Shown piece by piece: positions 62,992-64,000 of a stretch of 64,000 nt of DNA. The notes beneath the pieces are model-generated. The model did no database searches. It was not told the origin of the DNA and saw only the letters and a program-made list of their open reading frames with translations. The stretch is taken from the NCBI GenBank assembly GCA_963828165.1, contig CAWHDR010000001.1:1632001-1696000 (forward strand), in the 5' to 3' direction. The stretch comes from an uncultured Chloroflexia bacterium. GTDB taxonomy: Bacteria; Chloroflexota; Limnocylindria; Limnocylindrales; CSP1-4. The translations under genes and the position numbers were made by a program. Numbering within the stretch: the stretch's first letter is position 1; each line of letters opens with the position of its first letter.

Positions 62992-63420
62992 ATGAATGCC
63001 ATGGAAACCACGGCTGCAGACCTACGCGCCACCTCGGATGCACTGATGCGCGATCTCGAGGTCCTGGCCGCGATCGAGGACGAGAAGCGGACCCTCGCCC
63101 CGGGTGACCCGCGCCTGGTCGAGCTCGCGCAGCGCGTCGAGGATGTCGCCCGTCGAGTGCTCTCCGCCACGGTCCGTCAACGACAGCTCACCGAGGTCGG
63201 CAACGAGCAGGTCGAGGCGGCCCCGCCCGGTTCCCCCAGAGCCTCGATCGATGAGACGCCACGCGCGATCGCGGACATCCTCGCGGAATGGCGGGCCGCC
63301 GAGCGTCGGGCCGCCGCCGCGGAACCCGGCTCGGCCGAGGCGGCCGAAGCAGGGGCCCTGGCGGATCATCACCGCGAGGAGTACCGACGAGCGCTGGCGC
63401 AGCGCGAAGGGTCCCGCTGA
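62992..63420 (+). CDS. Hypothetical helical protein (start could be 62992 or 63001)
   Basis: GC3-biased ORF; N-terminal half paralogous to the gene at 63783. Confidence 0.7.
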   Translation: MNAMETTAADLRATSDALMRDLEVLAAIEDEKRTLAPGDPRLVELAQRVEDVARRVLSATVRQRQLTEVGNEQVEAAPPGSPRASIDETPRAIADILAEWRAAERRAAAAEPGSAEAAEAGALADHHREEYRRALAQREGSR

Positions 63421-63543
63421 AGGACCGTTCGTCGCACCGGGGTCCGCAGCAGGTTGCGTCCCGCGCCTCATTGATGCGTCTGCAACGCGGGTCCCGCTAC
63501 CGTCCCTGGTGATGATCCAAACGCTGTGGCCTCCAGGTAGGAC

Positions 63544-63756
63544 GTGCGCCCGATCCTGATCCTGAATCCGCGCAGCGATGCCCAGTTCGTCGCGTTGGTG
63601 TCCGAGCTGATGACTGATCCCATCGACCAACCATCAGCCCTTGAGGCGCGCCTGCGCGCCCGCTTTCCTGACGCGGTCGTGCGGCGGCGGGAGCTGAGCT
63701 CCGAACCCACCGAGGTATGGTATGTGTACCGAGATGGCCGCTGGACCCCAGACTGA
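63544..63756 (+). CDS. Small hypothetical protein
   Basis: GTG start with AGGA SD; protein-like sequence ending WYVYRDGRW. Confidence 0.6.
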   Translation: MRPILILNPRSDAQFVALVSELMTDPIDQPSALEARLRARFPDAVVRRRELSSEPTEVWYVYRDGRWTPD

Positions 63757-63782
63757 ACCATCTCGCGGCTGGAGGGGCACTC

Positions 63783-64000
63783 ATGCCGGACGAGCTCGAG
63801 AGCGACATCCAGGCGACCGCCGAGGACATCGCCGCCGACGCCGACATCCTGCAGGCGATCGAGGCTGAAAAGGCGGAGATGGACCCGACCGACCCACGAG
63901 CCCTGGAGCTCGCCACGCGCGCCGTGGAGTTGGCGCGTGAGATCGAAACGAAGACCGTCGTCGAGCACGAGCTCCTGGTGGAGGCCGCGCAGGGAGCGAC
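63783..64000 (+). CDS. Small acidic helical protein (partial, runs off window)
   Basis: SD GGAGGGG, ATG 63783, MPDELESDIQATAEDIAADADILQAIEAEKAEMDPTDPRALELATRAVELAREI. Confidence 0.72.
   Translation, partial: MPDELESDIQATAEDIAADADILQAIEAEKAEMDPTDPRALELATRAVELAREIETKTVVEHELLVEAAQGA

Overview
High-GC bacterial chromosomal window. Gene content and promoter style suggest Chloroflexota, possibly Limnocylindria-like, but this is inference only. From left to right: (1) the end of a surface-glycan locus, with a GT4, a GSCFA protein, a candidate nonulosonate transferase and a legionaminic-acid-type pathway that includes a NeuA-NeuB fusion; (2) prsA-like/mazG/rph/rdgB and an LCP protein; (3) an orphan CpaF/TadA ATPase fused to a degenerate Rid (YjgF) domain; (4) a secreted GSDH-PKD protein, tRNA-Pro(TGG), an Fe3+ ABC transporter, and a LysE/RhtB exporter behind an attenuator-like leader; (5) a secreted LTD/beta-helix protein, a homocysteine methyltransferase, an LLM oxidoreductase, an Lrp regulator and a GGDEF protein; (6) a xylose regulon (xylR, xylFHG, xylAB) whose divergent arm is Gfo oxidoreductase - vanadium haloperoxidase - ASPIC/UnbV - degenerate M24 enzyme; (7) a transsulfuration enzyme, ResB, a PucR regulator with tandem GSIII and GSI, and a 155-bp tandem hairpin repeat in front of an HTH plus degenerate-nuclease gene; (8) Kelch, MFS, an MtrAB/GerMN-type three-gene module, tRNA-Pro(CGG) and small paralogous helical proteins. 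No CRISPR array, integrase or transposase was seen. Three genes carry frameshifts that look like sequencing indels. The best leads are the CpaF-Rid fusion, the xylose-operator-linked haloperoxidase operon, the LysE leader/attenuator and the repeat-associated HTH-nuclease gene. All calls come from reading motifs by eye; no database searches were run.
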